From Schmidtea polychroa (lineage: Eukaryota), in contig CM097887.1 of the NCBI GenBank assembly GCA_044892525.1, positions 103,146,397 to 103,210,396 on the forward strand: a DNA stretch of 64,000 bases. The letters are read 5' to 3'. Numbering within the stretch: position 1 is the first letter of the stretch; each line of letters starts with the position of its first letter. The notes beneath the pieces were generated by a model. That model had not been told where the DNA came from, searched no databases, and saw nothing but the letters and a program-made list of their open reading frames with translations. Below are positions 23,870 through 34,038 of this stretch, piece after piece. The position numbers and the translations under genes were made by a program.

Positions 23870-26826
23870 ACCCGAACAGTGAAACCTACAAAATCATATC
23901 TTCTTTCTCGGGACAAAACAACTCACAAATATTCGAAATACCAGCAATCATAAATGGAGAACAAATTGACTTTCTCATAGATACAGGCGCTGATCTCAGC
24001 ATCCTTCCCGCAAACCGTTTCAAGCCTGATAGAAATGGAGAACATCGATCTTTAGTATCCGCCAACAATTCATCAATCACATACCACGGGCAGAAAACGA
24101 TTGAATTTACTATTGAAGGATTCAGAACTAAATTTATATGGTCTTTCGCTATAGCCGGCATATCTCGTCCAATTCTAGGTGCAGACTTCCTGGCCCATCA
24201 CAAAATCGATGTTAGTTGTCATTCCAGATCAATATGTTGCCCTAGCAGTAACGAAAGAACAGAAGCGCGGAGAAGCCAATGTGCCAAGATCTGTGCTACA
24301 ATCAACAAAGAAAACACATTAACCACGAAACTACAAATTATCACCAATGGTTCCCCTGTAGCTCAAAGACAAAGACCACTTTTTGGAGAAAAATTAGTTG
24401 CAACAAAGAAAGAGTTTGACAGACTCTTAAATGAAGGTGTGATTCGGCCAAGCAAGAGTGACTGGGCATCTCCATTAGTAGTGGTTAAGAAGCCGGATGG
24501 ATCATGGCGGCCTTGTGGAGACTACAGAATGTTAAATGAAATAACCCAGCCTGACAGATATCCACTTCCGAGAATTCAAGATTTACTGAACAAGATAAAC
24601 AACCCTCATGTATTCACTAAATTAGATTTGGAAAAGGCATATCATCAAATTCCGATTTGTGACGGAGACATTTCAAAGACAGCAGTCATAACACCTTTTG
24701 GATTGTTCGAATATACGAAGATGCCTTTTGGACTTCGAAACGCATCTCAAACGTTTCAGAGACACATGGACAACGTACTCCGAGAACACCAGGAGCATTC
24801 CTTATCCTATATTGATGATGTTCTGATATTCTCCAAGACTGAAGCAGAGCATAAAGAACACGTGGCAAGGGTGATGGCCAGTCTTCAAGCCGCTGGTCTC
24901 ACAATGAACCAGAGCAAATGCGAATTCCAAACCGAAAAGGTAAACTTTTTGGGTTTTGAATTAACAAAACAAGGAATAAAACCCTCTGAAGAACGCACGT
25001 TGGCAATTAGCAATTTAAAGAAGCCAACTAACAGTCAAGATTTACGACGTTTTATTGGTGGCATCGGCTATTATCACTGGCTAATTCCTAGGCTGTCGGA
25101 TACACTGAGTCCACTGCATGACTTGTTACAAGAGTCGGTCAATAAAAAGGAAGATCTCTTATGGCAAGACTGCCATACACACGCTTTCATGAGTGCCAAA
25201 AATTCGGTACGTGAAATCAGCAACGTTTCATATCCTAACCCGTCCAAGCCATTCCTACTATGCACTGACGCATCTTCTAAAGCAATTGGAGCAAGTCTAA
25301 GTCAAATCAACGAAGAAAATAAATCATTTCCAATCGCTTTCTTTTCGAGGAAATTAAATCTAACCGAACAGAAGTATTCCACCTTTGACAGGGAGTTACT
25401 GGCAATATTCTTATCTATAAAACATTTTAAGCATTTTTTAGACGGTTCTCATTTCACAGTCATGACGGACCACAAACCTTTACTACGAGCTAGACATATG
25501 AAAGATCCATCGCCAAGGCAATGGCGAATAATCGAATACCTTGATCAATTTGATTTTACCATCGAATTCATCAAAGGGGAAGATAATGTAGTCGCCGATC
25601 TCTTGTCCAGACCATGCAGTAATCAAAACCTACAAGTATCAACGGTGGAAATTAATTTCGTCGAATTCACGAAAGAAAGGTTAAAAGAAGAACAAAGGAA
25701 AGATCAGACCTTATCTACACTGAAAAATGCAAGTCTCCAGTTATGTAGTACTACGGATGACATTCTCATTGACAATTCTACGGGGGAAACCAGAGTAGTA
25801 CTGCCAAAAATATTCCGACATCAAGAATTTCTAAGAATTCATAACATATCGCATCCAGCATCCAAACCAACGATAGAACTGATCAAGGCGAGATATGTGT
25901 GGCCTCAGATGAAAAGCGACATCAGAGAGTGGTGTAGACAATGTCAAAGATGTCAAAGTGCAAAAATAGCAAGACACACACATGCTCCTTTGGGCACTAT
26001 AGAAACCAAAGGAAGGTTCATTACAGTCCATCTAGATATAGTGGGTCCCCTTCCGAGCGTCGATAACAAGAGATACATCATGACAATGATAGACCGAGGA
26101 ACGTCATGGGTTGAAGCAATTCCTATATATGATATCACAGCAGATATGATCATAAGAACATTTGAAAGAGAGTGGATCAGTCGCTTTGGTGTTCCAGAAA
26201 TTGTCATAACAGATCAAGGAACACAATTTGAATCAGAAAAATTCTCCAATTTCTACAAGGTAATGGGAATCGAAAGGAGGCGAACAACAGCCTATCACCC
26301 TCAATCCAATGGGAAGATAGAAAGATGGCACAGAGCCCTGAAAAACTCAATAAGAGCCGCATCAGAAGACTCCTCCAAGATGTGGGCTCATGATCTCCCC
26401 AAGATTCTACTCAGTCTAAGAAACTGCACGAAGTCCAATGGGTCTCCATCAGCAGCGCAACTCACATTCGGTTGTCGAGCTAGATTACCAGGAGATTTTG
26501 TCATTAGTGAACCAACATTAACCGATATCGAAGAGAAGTTGACATCGATTCAAGAGGAAATCGACTCACAACTAAATAACAAACAAACAAGCCAACCAAA
26601 AGAACATAGTTTTGTAAGCAAACTATTAGTTCACTGCCAAAGAGTGTGGCTTCGATCTGAATTTAGGAAATCGTTAGAAGATCCGTACACGGGACCATAC
26701 GACGTCATAGAAAGATCCGATGACAGTAAAACGGTAAAAATCAAAATCGGAGACCAAGTAAAAAATGTTAGCATCGACCGTCTCAAGCCATGGATTGGAA
26801 CGGACGAATTTGCTCCGCAATCTTAA
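23674..26826 (+). CDS. pol: Pol polyprotein (protease, reverse transcriptase, RNase H, integrase), expressed by -1 frameshift from gag
   Basis: FLIDTGAD protease; PCGDYRMLN, PFGLRNASQTFQR, YIDD RT; TDASSKAIGA RNase H; H..H..CRQC zinc finger, HLDIVGPLP, ITDQGTQFES, NGKIERWHR integrase; PYTGPYDV GPY/F motif; no stops over 1050 codons. Confidence 0.97.
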   Translation: MECKSERQLSIGEVQQREISKFRTVKHIVKEQQQQFQQKQQLQQKRQLQQQQPQREPGKREKVSLNPNSETYKIISSFSGQNNSQIFEIPAIINGEQIDFLIDTGADLSILPANRFKPDRNGEHRSLVSANNSSITYHGQKTIEFTIEGFRTKFIWSFAIAGISRPILGADFLAHHKIDVSCHSRSICCPSSNERTEARRSQCAKICATINKENTLTTKLQIITNGSPVAQRQRPLFGEKLVATKKEFDRLLNEGVIRPSKSDWASPLVVVKKPDGSWRPCGDYRMLNEITQPDRYPLPRIQDLLNKINNPHVFTKLDLEKAYHQIPICDGDISKTAVITPFGLFEYTKMPFGLRNASQTFQRHMDNVLREHQEHSLSYIDDVLIFSKTEAEHKEHVARVMASLQAAGLTMNQSKCEFQTEKVNFLGFELTKQGIKPSEERTLAISNLKKPTNSQDLRRFIGGIGYYHWLIPRLSDTLSPLHDLLQESVNKKEDLLWQDCHTHAFMSAKNSVREISNVSYPNPSKPFLLCTDASSKAIGASLSQINEENKSFPIAFFSRKLNLTEQKYSTFDRELLAIFLSIKHFKHFLDGSHFTVMTDHKPLLRARHMKDPSPRQWRIIEYLDQFDFTIEFIKGEDNVVADLLSRPCSNQNLQVSTVEINFVEFTKERLKEEQRKDQTLSTLKNASLQLCSTTDDILIDNSTGETRVVLPKIFRHQEFLRIHNISHPASKPTIELIKARYVWPQMKSDIREWCRQCQRCQSAKIARHTHAPLGTIETKGRFITVHLDIVGPLPSVDNKRYIMTMIDRGTSWVEAIPIYDITADMIIRTFEREWISRFGVPEIVITDQGTQFESEKFSNFYKVMGIERRRTTAYHPQSNGKIERWHRALKNSIRAASEDSSKMWAHDLPKILLSLRNCTKSNGSPSAAQLTFGCRARLPGDFVISEPTLTDIEEKLTSIQEEIDSQLNNKQTSQPKEHSFVSKLLVHCQRVWLRSEFRKSLEDPYTGPYDVIERSDDSKTVKIKIGDQVKNVSIDRLKPWIGTDEFAPQS
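23845..23912 (+). promoter_or_regulatory. -1 programmed ribosomal frameshift signal: G GGA AAC heptamer, 6-nt spacer, predicted H-type pseudoknot
   Basis: Heptamer 23845-23851 in the gag frame; stem 1 AGGTTTCATTG (23858-23868) pairs with CAGTGAAACCT (23877-23887, one G-U); loop CCCGA (23871-23875) is complementary to TCGGG (23908-23912). Confidence 0.8.
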
Positions 26827-26833
26827 GGGGGAG
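26825..26833 (+). promoter_or_regulatory. Polypurine tract
   Basis: AAGGGGGAG overlapping the pol stop, 3 nt before the 3' LTR. Confidence 0.85.
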
Positions 26834-26836
26834 TTG

Positions 26837-26955
26837 TGTTGGGACATTAATTAATTATTTTAAAACAATATTTAAAAAAGAACAAGTTAATTTGTTTAAA
26901 TATTGTGTTTGTTAAATAAATAAATGTTTTGAATGTTTTTGTAACTATGAGTCTT

Positions 26956-26958
<3 letters not shown>
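26837..26958 (+). repeat. 3' LTR (122 bp)
   Basis: Direct repeat of 22851-22972. Confidence 0.96.

Positions 26959-27039
<81 letters not shown>
26959..27039. repeat. (AT)40 microsatellite abutting the 3' LTR
   Basis: Perfect AT run. Confidence 0.95.
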
Positions 27040-27043
<4 letters not shown>

Positions 27044-27099
27044 GCGAGTCGCGAGTCATATTAAAAAGATACGCGAATAACATATTGCTCACGAGTTAC

Positions 27100-27918
27100 A
27101 TGTTGAGCCACGCCACTTTATATGATTCCTTACTTAAAAAAATCGTGTTCATAATTGAAAATGAAGTTAATTATCCTTTATTACTTTTAGATCAATGTCT
27201 AGAAGAACCTAAAAACACATTGTCTAAAAAGACTGTCAGTTTCTCAAACTCTGTAACAATTCTTGAAGTACATTATTTGAAAAATAAGAAGCGATTATTC
27301 AAACAAGATCAACTAATAAACATTAAAGGAAAATTTTTCGATTATATTTACCGGGAAAAGTTTTATATCAAATACAAATGGCAAAAATTAAAACATACAC
27401 TTTTCAAGTCATATAAAAATGAAACCTTTAAATACCAAAATCATCAAGAAAGTTCTCAAGAGTCTTTTAGAAAGTTCTCGTCAATCGACTACTCAAATGA
27501 TGTGAAACTGATAGATATCAAATTATTCTTTCAAGAAATGTTCAAAAATTCAGTCATTGAAACGGATTTAGATGAAAATTCCGTGACAGTGGTTCGTGAA
27601 AATTGCACAGTGCCTTTGACGGACTTGACAACCACTGTCACCCATGAGAAGTCAAACACTTGCCAACCGAAGGTTGAAGATAAAAAAGAACCAACCGATA
27701 AATCTCATGCCAACAAAATTTGTCGAGAAATGACAAAAGTTCAACCAAAACTTTATACTCGATGTGAATCGGTTCAGAAAGCCAATTTAATCGAGAATAA
27801 TCTATTGTTAAAGTATCTCATATCGAAAGCCCAATACCCTATTCAGCTGAAGATCGCTACTTCCATTGTTAAACTCAATTTACCTCATTGGTATCAAAGT
27901 AGCTTAATTTCCTGTTAG
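27100..27918 (+). CDS. Orphan ORF, 272 aa from first non-LTR ATG; contains an RVxF-like PP1-docking motif (KKTVSF)
   Basis: Long open frame (open back through the microsatellite into the LTR) in AT-rich DNA where random ORFs are short; no domain recognised. Confidence 0.55.
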   Translation: MLSHATLYDSLLKKIVFIIENEVNYPLLLLDQCLEEPKNTLSKKTVSFSNSVTILEVHYLKNKKRLFKQDQLINIKGKFFDYIYREKFYIKYKWQKLKHTLFKSYKNETFKYQNHQESSQESFRKFSSIDYSNDVKLIDIKLFFQEMFKNSVIETDLDENSVTVVRENCTVPLTDLTTTVTHEKSNTCQPKVEDKKEPTDKSHANKICREMTKVQPKLYTRCESVQKANLIENNLLLKYLISKAQYPIQLKIATSIVKLNLPHWYQSSLISC

Positions 27919-28739
27919 GTTGTGAATATTTACAATCATTTAAGGAAGTATTTTTTCGTGGTAAGGGGTGGCGAAATATTTATTTAGTAAATATTTCAAC
28001 TTTTTTCTTTCGATTTTCTTTTCTCAGTGATTAATTTAACATGTGCACAGCAACAATGAAATTACATGTTATTGTAAAGATCAACAATTATGTGATAATA
28101 TTTACACGAAAATAATTTTGCACTATTATTAATAATATTTGTATTAGCATTATCCGTGTGCAAAATTGCCTTCAATTTACCGAGCCTTTTTATCATCAAG
28201 AAATTGTAAAAATAAATTTAATTTTTGTTGATTTGCGAATTTTAATTTTTAAATCATTGAATACATTTAAATTAAATTAAAAATTAAATGAAAAAAATTA
28301 AATAAAATCTATTTAAAGACAATAATAAAATTCAAACAAATAAAAAATTTATTATATTTAAATAAAAAAGAAAATTAAACAATTACAACCAGATGCCAAA
28401 GAAAATTTAAACAAAATCGAGTGGAAAAATAAAATTTTAAAAATTATATGATTCTTAAATTAGCGTATTTTTATTTGATAAAATTTTATTAACAAGAAGT
28501 ATGATTTATATACAAGATATTTTAATATTTAAACATAAAATTCAGTCTGATGACAAATTAGCAAAGATATTAAAACAGTAAGATAAAGCCTGAGGATGGC
28601 ACTAACGTCCGTACTCACTGTGAACCATTCAGAACAAAGCGAGGACTGTATTTTCTCTACTGGTGGCCGGCGCCAGAACAGAAGAGGATAATGAGCCTTT
28701 GCTTACACTTTGATCTATGAAAAAGTACATTGCCCAGCC

Positions 28740-29347
28740 CAGAGGCGTGCCGAGTTGTTAGGCCGGCTGTGTGCAAAATAATTTCCGGCCGCTTCCTATC
28801 CTTTCTTTAAAAAATTTTCTATAATCCAAAATAAAAATAACATTTTAATTAAAGTAAAAAATAAACGTTTAGTTTTTCTTCCGGTCATATCTAAGGGTGC
28901 AAATCATACAAATAATAAATATCTAACTTACATCACAACAATATTGGTCAACAAAAATATAGAAAACAATGATTTATACTTAACAAATTCTATAATATAA
29001 TCTTGCTTTCTAATATAACAAATTGTAATGTATATCTCTAATATTTTTTAAATAAAAATTTCTTCTTGATTTTTACAAATTTTAAAACTTGAAATGTTGA
29101 TTTGGTTCAAAAATTAAAACACTAAATGACTTTGACAAGATAATCACAGATATATGAAAATTAAGCTGGAGTGCGTTCAATGACACCACACGCAAATGGG
29201 TGTGTTCAATGACAAAAAAGTCGTATTTTTTTTTAATTTACAAAATGAAATATTTTTTTGCAAATGGTTTTTTGTTATATATGCCGCCCTTTCGAACGGC
29301 CGCCTGCGTGAAACGCATGAGTTGCACGCCCGCTTGGAGCGCCCCTG
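28740..29347. mobile_element. Non-autonomous hAT-like MITE (608 bp)
   Basis: Termini CAGAGGCG / CAGGGGCG (reverse complement), GC-rich subterminal cggccg motifs, AT-rich core, degenerate 8-bp TSD gcccagcc / actcagcc. Confidence 0.65.
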
Positions 29348-29751
29348 ACTCAGCCGAGAATAATAAAGACGTTCATGTCCATCAACTTTTCAAAATTGTT
29401 ATTAAATTTAATTTAAATCGAAGAAAATCCGGTATTGAACAAGAAACCGCAATCAATCATAACATCCTGTTTTTATTATTTGACTATTTGCATTAAATTT
29501 AAAAAGTAAATGTGGTCCAAAAAATTGAGAACATTAAACTATTATGTATAAATATGCGTTAAAAAATAGTTAAAAGTACTTATCTAAAAGACAAATAAAA
29601 TTATAGAATTAAATTTGTTAGAAAAAGACATAGTTTCACAGAAATATTTATTCACTACAAAAATCTAAACGGAACACACAATCGTAATACTATTTATAGT
29701 ACATTGAATTGCGTAATCTACAAAAGGGAGAATTATTAGTTTAAGTGATAC

Positions 29752-30770
29752 TGTTGACACAGAAGACAAACATACTTACTTAATTTAGTTATACAAGCAT
29801 TCCCGCATCATTCAATAGATATCAAGGTCTAGTGACCTGGTTATGTAAGTAATTCTTTGGAAATTATTATATCATCTTACATCCCCCTCCATTTAAAACT
29901 TTTGATCCATTCTACATTTCGAATTATTTCTTTGCCTTGCTTATTCTTTAGATTCTAAAGTTTAGAACATAGCTTCTGTCATGTCGTTTTCCAGTTATTT
30001 CATAAGGCCCTTCATAACGTTCATCCATCTTTCTAGTATTTTCTTTTTTAACCAACACTTGGTCTCCAACTTCAAAATTCCTATAATTTTGTGTAATTAA
30101 ATTCTTTTCTATGTTTTGTTTATGTTTAATTCCCTCCACGATCTCCCTTCTCCGATTATTAGCATCATTATTTTGTATATCCAAATTCTCTTTTTCCATC
30201 CATTGTCTACAAATATTCCGCCCAAATATTATTTCAGAGGGCGAAAATCCGGTTGTCTGCTGTATCGTCGCATTTAACATAAATTCCACATCTGGCAATA
30301 TTTCTGCCCAATCTTTATGCCGTTTGTCTTTTAACGTAATTGCAATTGCATCCCTTATAGTTCTAAATTGCCTCTCAACTAAACCGTTTGTACTATGATG
30401 ATATGGGCTTGAATATATTATTGTAATATGATGCGTTTTCAACACTTCTAAAAGGAGTTGAGATTCAAATGTTTTTCCTCTATCGGAGTGAATGATTTTA
30501 GGGGCACCAAATTTCAAAATCCAATTTTCTCTTAAAATCTTTGCCGTCGTCTTTTCATCCTGATGAGCAACTGCCGTCAATGATATATACCTACTGAATT
30601 GATCAATTATAGCTAAAATATATTGTTTTCCATGAATTGTTTTCTTAAATGGTCCACAGAAATGAATAAATATCTCTTTGAAAACTTCATCTGTACTCTG
30701 TTTAATCAGCGGTTCTTTTGTTCGTCTTGTCCACGTCTTCCGTTTCTGACACTGTTCACAATTTTCAATC
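29752..30770 (-). mobile_element. 3' remnant of a Ty3/gypsy element: integrase core and GPY/F domain, PPT and probable short 3' LTR
   Basis: ORF 29948-30904 from CEQCQKRK through FCGPF, YILAIIDQFSRY, HSDRGKTFES, TNGLVERQFRT, YEGPYEI; minus-strand PPT GGAGGGGGA (29882-29890) followed by TGTAAG at 29881; LTR far end (~29752) tentative. Confidence 0.88.
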
Positions 30771-30774
30771 ACTC

Positions 30775-30950
30775 CAAATAGTCCAAACAAGATTATTTCA
30801 AGCAACCATCTGCATACCCGCGTGGATGAGACGCGTTGGTGCTGTATACAATGGCGAAATGCATGGGTAGAGGTGAGCTGGCTTAATCCGACTGCTCGAC
30901 TCATACATGCCTCAACGATCAGGACTGCTGTTAGAAGATCTTACGTCTAA
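30775..30950. repeat. Dispersed repeat family A, copy 4, fused to the integrase remnant
   Basis: ccatctgcatacc..gttggtgctgtatacaatggc..ggtgagct..ggactgctgttagaagatcttacgtc matches copy 2. Confidence 0.75.
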
Positions 30951-32048
30951 ATTCATTTGCCAATGCCCGAATCGCTGATACTCTATACTAGAGTCTATTG
31001 ATCTTAGAGGAGAGGATGAATCAAAATCCATAATAAATTTGTCTTACCAAGCTTTCTTCGGCATCAAAAGGTTCTCTTGGCTAAACTTGGTTTAGACAAA
31101 CTGAAAAGAAGTGTACGAAGTAAAACTTGATTAGATTAAGACATTCTTACCAAACTTATTTAATATTATTTGATAAATCGCTCTATTAGTAAATAAGGAC
31201 AGTGTCAGACTAAAATATTTCTACTGGGATCGTTTATTAGGTGCAATTTAGATCTACTTCGAATAATTATAATGCCAAATTAAACTATGACTATCGAATT
31301 GCACGTTACTTTGTGTTGACTAAATACTTAGTAAAGGTGTACAATGTTGGACTCCGATTATTCATTTACGTTCATCATTGATTAAACCTAAATTAAATGA
31401 TTGTGATACCCATCCGAACTTAACTGTCGAAATGGTTTACCATAAGTTTTATATTTTCACTTAGTGGTTTGATTTTTTTTATTTATTTATTTTATGTTTA
31501 AGTGAAAGAAATGTTTCAAAATTGCAAGATTTTTTATTTTTATTTTTTATTTTATTTATTTTAGATCACCCGATTATTTTGCATTTCCTATTTTGCAGAT
31601 TTCAAATATTTACATTATTTTTTAAAGCAGTCAATGTCTACTGTTACCATATTCTAATGGCTATCAACTACAATCTAAATATACTATTTATCACCTTTTT
31701 ATTATGTTAATTTTTTTATCATGAAGTAAAATATTATTTATCAACTAACACATTACATAGATGGAATAAAATGTATTTACATACACCAAAACAAACAAAA
31801 CAGAATATTACATATGATAGATCGATATGAAATTGTCACAATTGTCAATGAAAAATCAAAATGCATTGGATTTTCATACACCAAAACAAAATAAAACAGA
31901 ATATTTACACATTTATAAACAAGAATGATCAAAGCTGAATTTTATCAAATTTTCAAAATTATCAATGGAAAATCATTATCATGTTGCCATACATTGTCAT
32001 ACACCAAAACTTGGGGATTCTGCTATTGTTGATGATCCTATCTTTCTT

Positions 32049-32646
32049 TCACTTACGATGCGTAGCTATTACTTGATATGCCATATTGGATAGACGTTTT
32101 TTATTGGGGGCTACATTTTTCACATAGGAGCACATGAATATTTCTTCGGCCATTTCTCTAACGCCCATGAAATTATACAAGTCTAATGTCAACGTTTGAA
32201 GCTTACTGATAATGTCGTATCCAACGATTATTTTACCCAAAAGTAACTAGACCCTGGTATTCATCTTCATTCCCTCTGATTGAGTCTTTGTATGCTCTGG
32301 TTTTCTCCGGATAATAGTACCATACTTTCGTTCAATTGGTTATTTTTGTGTTGTATACTATCTCTCCTCTGAAGTTCATGATACATATTTCCACCGATTG
32401 ACGATTATTGTTGATGTCGCATACCTCCTTTGAATTGACGAACATAATTCATCGTTGTCTTTTGACTATCGTTAACTCCTGATGTGTGAATGCCATTTTC
32501 TTTGCAATGAAATCGTGGTCCCTGGTGATATCCAATTCTAAGAAATCGAGATCTTTGAACGGTTTTGGAATCGTCGGGGCAAAAAGCACGTCTATGGCTA
32601 TTACACAGAGTGAGTTCGTGAAACTCTTTGGGCATGATTCTGTCAT
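32049..32646 (-). pseudogene. Decayed DEDDh 3'-5' exonuclease-like (Rex4/ISG20/AEN family) reading frame
   Basis: Joined frames give SVEICIMNFRGEIVYNTKI..KVWYY..GLVTF/LGKIIVGYDIISKLQTLTL..GVREMA..KKRLSNMAYQVI, following the family pattern ARVSIVN..GEVVYD..VTDY..LKGKILVGH..NDL..L..IRDT..SLK.LA..VL; stops at ~32449 and ~32332, frameshift near 32240. Confidence 0.55.
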
Positions 32647-33595
32647 TGTTAATGGTTTTCATAATGGCAGTACAACAAAATAGGCGAACAACTGGTGACA
32701 TTTTGAAGACGATCGTCATTCAATATATGTGCTAAGCGAGCCTGATCTTTACGGAATAAAAATTTTGTAAATTGTTAAAAATTTGATAATAAATCTACTT
32801 TGGGTTTTTGTTATTTGGTAATTTTTTTTATCAAAGAGCCTAAAAAATCAGGGCAACCTACAATAACTATTTGTTAATGAAAACCCAAACATTAAGAATA
32901 ATTGTTTTATGAATTATGAATATATGATTATGTCCCTCTAATTGATTTTATGATTGTGTAGTATCAAAGTATTTCTAGCAGAGCTCATCTTTTATGGGCA
33001 GCCACCCACTTGTAACACAGTACCAAAGTTGCATAGAAACAAGTGCCAAGTAGATGTTCTACTACTAAGCGGTTTGTGTAAGTTTTTACTTAGTTGCTTA
33101 GTTCAGTTTGTTATCTTCACTTCTTGTCCATTAGAAGTTCATTAATCTTAGCTTAATATTTCTTGAGACGGGGCTTGATTTTTTTACTATAACTCTTTTG
33201 TCACAATGAAATCTTTTCTCAAAAAGTGATGATGATAAGATAAAGATTCAATGTGTTTTTGTCACAATCGGGATCTGAGTAGAGTAATCTAGATTAATTA
33301 TACTATATTGAATCCAATAAGGAGTGACAGTAACATTTAAGATTACCTCTTTTATTCAGCATACATTTGATTTTTCAGATAAAAACATTAAATAAATGGA
33401 GTTTTCTATTTTTACATTCTTTTAAATAAACGTAAGTATACATAAATTTGATTTTATTTATATTTATTTGTAGTTATTTGAACTAATATTATTATCTATC
33501 ATAAAATCCTTGACACTCACGAAACTCTTCTTTGTTATTATTATGGAAATAATAAAATTTAATTTTTTTATTTTCGATTTGTTTAAATATTGCCA

Positions 33596-34038
33596 ATGTA
33601 TAATTTTAGTGATAATGACTTAACTAAATTTGAGTCATTTATTAAACCATGTAGTTGGTACAAAGAAGAGTTTCATGAGTGTAAAAAATTGTATAATAGA
33701 TTTTATGAATATCATGCAATGGGCAAATTACCTGATTGTTCACATTGGAAAAAGGATTATAAGAATTGTATTGAGTAACTTTATATTTATATTTATTTAT
33801 TTTTAAAACATGTAGTTCTTTTACCAATCCCGAAGCTAAACAGCTATTATTGCAAAGTGAAATGCAACGTGCCAAAAAGAGGTTCGAAATAATAAATGAT
33901 GAATCGATTTGGGAACTGAGAAAATCTCCTCCGAGTGATTGGTTTTCACCACTACCAGATAAATTACAAGCCACCGAAGAAGATATAGTAATTATGAAAG
34001 AAAATGAAATTAAATCTAAAAGTTGTACAATATTATAA
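33596..34038 (+). CDS. C22orf39: UPF0545/C22orf39 (PANTS-like) protein, join(33596..33774,33816..34038), 133 aa, C-terminal CaaX (CTIL)
   Basis: KPCSWYKEEFHECK..YHAMGKLPDCSHWKKDYKNC, EAKQLLLQSE..R and WELRKSPPSDWFSPLP mirror the family pattern RPC..Y..E...C..YY..G....C.QW..D...C..EA...L.ESE..W..R.SPP.DW..PLP; 41-nt GT-AG phase-2 intron keeps frame. Confidence 0.9.

Larger units (their letters stand above)
22851..26958 (+). mobile_element. Intact full-length Ty3/gypsy (Mag-like) LTR retrotransposon, 4108 bp
   Basis: Paired 122-bp TG..CA LTRs (one mismatch), 5-bp TSD ATATA (22846-22850, 26959-26963), PBS, uninterrupted gag and pol in PR-RT-RH-IN order, PPT. Confidence 0.97.

Noticed and set aside
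23085-26207. Short minus-strand ORFs within gag/pol
   Set aside because: Shadow frames of the intact plus-strand retrotransposon ORFs.
28590-29420. Frame across the hAT MITE site reading EEDNEPLLTL*SMKKYIAQPR, faintly MCM-like
   Set aside because: Too short, contains stops, no other MCM motifs nearby.
31780-32010. Three loose direct repeats starting catacaccaaaac
   Set aside because: Irregular spacing (95 and 123 nt), AT-rich, no associated structure; likely local duplication.
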